From Patescibacteria group bacterium (GTDB taxonomy: Bacteria > Patescibacteriota > Minisyncoccia > Phycocordibacterales > UBA2100), in contig JBBTSX010000001.1 of the NCBI GenBank assembly GCA_038064535.1, forward strand, positions 1-63,744: DNA of 63,744 bases. Reading direction: 5' to 3'. The translations under genes were made by a program, and so were the position numbers. Positions 61,170-63,744 of this stretch are shown piece by piece. Each line of letters starts with the position of its first letter. The first letter of the stretch is position 1. Under the pieces are notes generated by a model. It saw nothing but the letters and a program-made list of their open reading frames with translations, made no database searches and was not told the origin of the DNA.

Positions 61170-62271
61170 CCGGATAGGCTTCTCGAATCTCTTTTGCCAG
61201 ATACCCGTTCCACATTGCACCGGTCGCGGTCATGACGACATCCGCTCCCGCGTCACGGTATTCTTTGAAATCTTTCGGGACCGTCACACCGCCGCATCCG
61301 ATGATGGTGTATTTCATGCCCAGCTCTTCGCGGAGTGATGCGAGACGCTTCACCATGTCGAGCCCCGCCCATTTCACGGCATGGCCGCAGATGCCGCTCT
61401 TCACGCGATGCGCACCCGGAAGAGCCTGCGTGCCATCGGGATTCACGACCGGCGCGGGAATGGTGTTTATCGCAGAAAATCCGTCCACGATGTTTCCCAC
61501 CTCCTGTACCAGCTCGCGCAGTTCGGCCTCGCCGAAATACGCGATTTTGATGACAAGCGGCGTATCGCCGATTTTATCCTTGATGGCGGTCGCGACAACC
61601 TTCACTTTTGGCACATCAAAACACAGAAGCTGTGCCGCACCTTCGTTGGGACAGCTGAAATTCGCCTCGACGACTTGCACGCCGGCGTCCTTGAGCATCT
61701 GCATGCCGTTCGCCCAATCCTGCACGTAGTCCTCGGTCGTGAAATTCTCGTTCCACTTCGTTCCTTCGAAGCTGCACATCACAAGCTGCCCTTCCCGCGC
61801 GTGCGCGACCGCGTCTTTCAGGTCTTTCATCCACACCTCTGGCTCGTACGAAGGGTTACCGAACGAATTCGTGATGGAAAGCGGCTCTTTGTAGTTGTGG
61901 CGCACAACGATAGGCTTCTGCGCCATTTCAAGCGAGAGCTCTGCGGGAATATCGGCGCTCAGCACGTTGGGCCAGTCGTTGCAGACGCGGTAATGCGAAC
62001 GCACCGTCTTATGTACCGGAATATCAAACCCCTTGTCGAGCGCGGCTTTCACATACTTTCCGTTGAGGAGCGGGCCCGCGGGAATGCCGAGCGGATAGTC
62101 GATAGCGTGCCCGAAAAAAGAAAAGCGCGGCTTACCGCTTACGGCAACCACTTCGCCGTCGGCGAAATCGTTGAACGGCCCTTGCTCCCAATTCTCGTAG
62201 TACGTCTTTGCGGGATCAAAAAACGGTGCTCGTAACATGGGACAATCGTAGCGGGAAAATCCGAATGGCAC
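61162..62271 (-). CDS. dihydroorotate dehydrogenase-family (class 1-like) TIM-barrel flavoenzyme
   Basis: LGIPAGPLLNGKYVKAA...NFSCPNEG...IGCGGV are typical DHO_dh family blocks; exact substrate unknown. Confidence 0.68.
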   Translation of the reverse strand: MPFGFSRYDCPMLRAPFFDPAKTYYENWEQGPFNDFADGEVVAVSGKPRFSFFGHAIDYPLGIPAGPLLNGKYVKAALDKGFDIPVHKTVRSHYRVCNDWPNVLSADIPAELSLEMAQKPIVVRHNYKEPLSITNSFGNPSYEPEVWMKDLKDAVAHAREGQLVMCSFEGTKWNENFTTEDYVQDWANGMQMLKDAGVQVVEANFSCPNEGAAQLLCFDVPKVKVVATAIKDKIGDTPLVIKIAYFGEAELRELVQEVGNIVDGFSAINTIPAPVVNPDGTQALPGAHRVKSGICGHAVKWAGLDMVKRLASLREELGMKYTIIGCGGVTVPKDFKEYRDAGADVVMTATGAMWNGYLAKEIREAYPDA

Positions 62272-62277
62272 AAGGCG

Positions 62278-62463
62278 TTACCTCACTGAGGAGCTAGCCT
62301 GTACACCATCGGCAGTCGTGCTTGCATACAGCTCATCGGGGAAAACATAGGTCTCCGAGCTTGCTCTACCCACGGCCTGATTGTGCCGCACGGCAAGGTA
62401 CGAGAACGCCGCCAGCAGTACGACGATTGCGAATATTGCGAGTGACTGCTGGTACTTTGGCAT
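62278..62463 (-). CDS. hypothetical small membrane-anchored protein
   Basis: ATG 62463 MPKYQQSLAIFAIVVLLAAFSYLAV...; 61 aa. Confidence 0.4.
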   Translation of the reverse strand: MPKYQQSLAIFAIVVLLAAFSYLAVRHNQAVGRASSETYVFPDELYASTTADGVQASSSVR

Positions 62464-62501
62464 GCCTCGAGTATACACCGTCGGCCAGGATGCGGAAAAA
62501 A

Positions 62502-62798
62502 CTACAGTTGCGGCGCTGCACAGGAGCCGTTGCGGAACAGTCCCCACTCTTCGCAGACGCGACCGTCTTTGAGATGGCAGTAGCCGACCTGCCCGTTCTC
62601 CTCACTCCTGATTTCTGACGTTCCACCGAGCGTCAAAACACAATGTACTGAAGCCGGATTCGCAATGCCCGTCGGTTGCTGTTGAATTTGCCGGTTGATG
62701 CTTGTAACAGCTTGATATGAGCCTATGAAGAACCCTATACCGACCCCGACGAGGAGCGTCGCAATAAGCCATGCCCACGTTTTTCCGGACATGGTCAT
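62502..62798 (-). CDS. DUF333 domain protein, N-terminally anchored
   Basis: ANPASVHCVLTLGG...GYCHLKDGRVCEEWGLFRNGSC is typical of DUF333; ATG 62798 overlaps the upstream stop (ATGA). Confidence 0.7.
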   Translation of the reverse strand: MTMSGKTWAWLIATLLVGVGIGFFIGSYQAVTSINRQIQQQPTGIANPASVHCVLTLGGTSEIRSEENGQVGYCHLKDGRVCEEWGLFRNGSCAAPQL

Positions 62799-62965
62799 TT
62801 CATTTTCACACCCTTGAAGGCTCTTCCCTTCTTTTTCATTTGGTCCATGAAGCGGCCCGTCTTGTTGTCGACTTTCGTCCAACGCTTATTGCGCGGCGAA
62901 AGTACCTGCGAACGTTTTTTCACTTCTCCCTTTCTGCCCCTTCCTTTTGGTCCGTTCTTCGCCAT
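62795..62965 (-). CDS. small Lys/Arg-rich protein (56 aa), not in the ORF track
   Basis: TACAAT (62972..62977)-N6-ATG 62965; MAKNGPKGRGRKGEVKKRSQVLSPRNKRWTKVDNKTGRFMDQMKKKGRAFKGVKMK; stop overlaps the DUF333 start. Confidence 0.55.
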   Translation of the reverse strand: MAKNGPKGRGRKGEVKKRSQVLSPRNKRWTKVDNKTGRFMDQMKKKGRAFKGVKMK

Positions 62966-63012
62966 ACGGAAATTGTATCACCACGCGCTATTGCGCAAGT
63001 TGAGTTATTCAC

Positions 63013-63474
63013 TCATTTCGCTCGCGTGAACAAAAGGATGTTGCCCCGCCCGATGTAGGTCAGCGTGAGAGAGGTTTCGTCCAACTTGTTGACGCTAAAA
63101 TACATCACTTCCGATTGCGGAAACGTGATCTTAAACACGGTCATACCGGTGAGCGAATCGAGGGGCAACGCGCCGAAGACACCGGCCGGCTCTTTGAGCG
63201 GGTCGACCGTCGAGTATGTACCCGTCACGGTCGCGGACGCATTGCCGTCATACGCATCGGTGACCGTACCGTCGGCATTGAAGGTGCGGGTAAATTTGGC
63301 ATCCTGGTCCGACTTCCACGTGCCCGTCATGAGCGGGTCAACCGCAGAAGATTCATCCGGCGCCTGCTGCTGCCCTTGCGCGGGCTGTTGTGCGGACTGG
63401 CCGTTGCTGTACCAATATGCGGCTCCGGCGAGCAGAACGATAATAATCACTGCCCAAAGTGTTTTCGAATTCAT
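63013..63474 (-). CDS. hypothetical N-terminally anchored/secreted protein
   Basis: 153 aa; TM LWAVIIIVLLAGAAYWY, Gln-rich linker, beta-rich C-domain. Confidence 0.55.
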   Translation of the reverse strand: MNSKTLWAVIIIVLLAGAAYWYSNGQSAQQPAQGQQQAPDESSAVDPLMTGTWKSDQDAKFTRTFNADGTVTDAYDGNASATVTGTYSTVDPLKEPAGVFGALPLDSLTGMTVFKITFPQSEVMYFSVNKLDETSLTLTYIGRGNILLFTRAK

Positions 63475-63531
63475 ACGAAGACATCTAGCTTGTATGGAGC
63501 CATGATAAATGCTTCCTGCGGGGACGCAAGT

Positions 63532-63744
63532 CTACTTTTTCGAGGTTGTTTTTAAATATGCCAGTACTTCATCGTCGGTCACCTGTTCGAAACGCTCATA
63601 TGCCTGCCCGACCGCGTACAATCCGGCGGGGCTTGTGAGACAGAGGGTGTCGTCGGCTTCGCTCGCCAATTCTTTTCCGGAGCGGCCGATGCAAACCGGT
63701 GCGGCAAATACAAGCCGCGCTTTCGGATACTTGGCCCGGGCCCC
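63532..63744 (-). CDS. phosphoribosyltransferase-like protein, C-terminal fragment (5' end outside the window)
   Basis: In-frame to the window edge: ...LVFAAPVCIGRSGKELASEADDTLCLTSPAGLYAVGQAYERFEQVTDDEVLAYL*, resembling COG1926-type PRTases. Confidence 0.6.
   Translation of the reverse strand, partial: GARAKYPKARLVFAAPVCIGRSGKELASEADDTLCLTSPAGLYAVGQAYERFEQVTDDEVLAYLKTTSKK

Overview
This window reads as an ordinary chromosomal segment of a moderately GC-rich, small-genome bacterium. The gene content fits a Candidate Phyla Radiation / Patescibacteria-type organism: many secreted or membrane orphan proteins, an O-antigen-ligase-like protein with TPR repeats, class II RNR, RNase J, and mostly leaderless genes. 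That placement is inference only. I can support about 70 CDS, 4 tRNAs (Phe-GAA, Arg-CCU, Gly-CCC, Ser-GGA) and an RNase P RNA. I found no rRNA, CRISPR array, integrase, transposase or reverse transcriptase. Housekeeping genes include hisS, lepA, murJ, nrdJ, htpX, lemA, groES/groEL, secG, rnj, ddl, nth, metK, glmS, a yvcK-like gene, a BdbC/DsbA pair, and an HxlR regulator with an FMN reductase. The most interesting signals are these. (1) A duplicated module in which a giant secreted protein (1373 aa with an OmpA-like C-terminus; 1547 aa with two putative peptidoglycan-lytic barrels) is divergently paired, across a conserved intergenic region, with small signal-peptide ORFs. These small ORFs share promoter, 5' UTR hairpin and terminator but have unrelated mature sequences. 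(2) A SET-domain gene carrying an in-frame GIY-YIG nuclease domain inserted into the SET-C beta-turn and bracketed by GC-rich inverted repeats. (3) At least four palindromic or foldback repeat families. One family (CCCCGTTAGAA...TTCTAACGGGG, 9 copies) has short flanking direct repeats and rewrites ORF starts and stops. (4) lepA is flanked by diverged duplicates of its own first 13 and last 22-24 codons. These differ from the intact gene almost only at synonymous sites and are separated from it by those hairpins. (5) A small AT-rich islet next to tRNA-Ser, with a T5orf172/GIY-YIG-like gene and a TrpR/YerC-like gene bracketed by identical perfect palindromes. All domain calls were made by eye from motifs, with no searches run. 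Start codons were refined using a recurrent TAnAAT-N6/7-ATG leaderless geometry.
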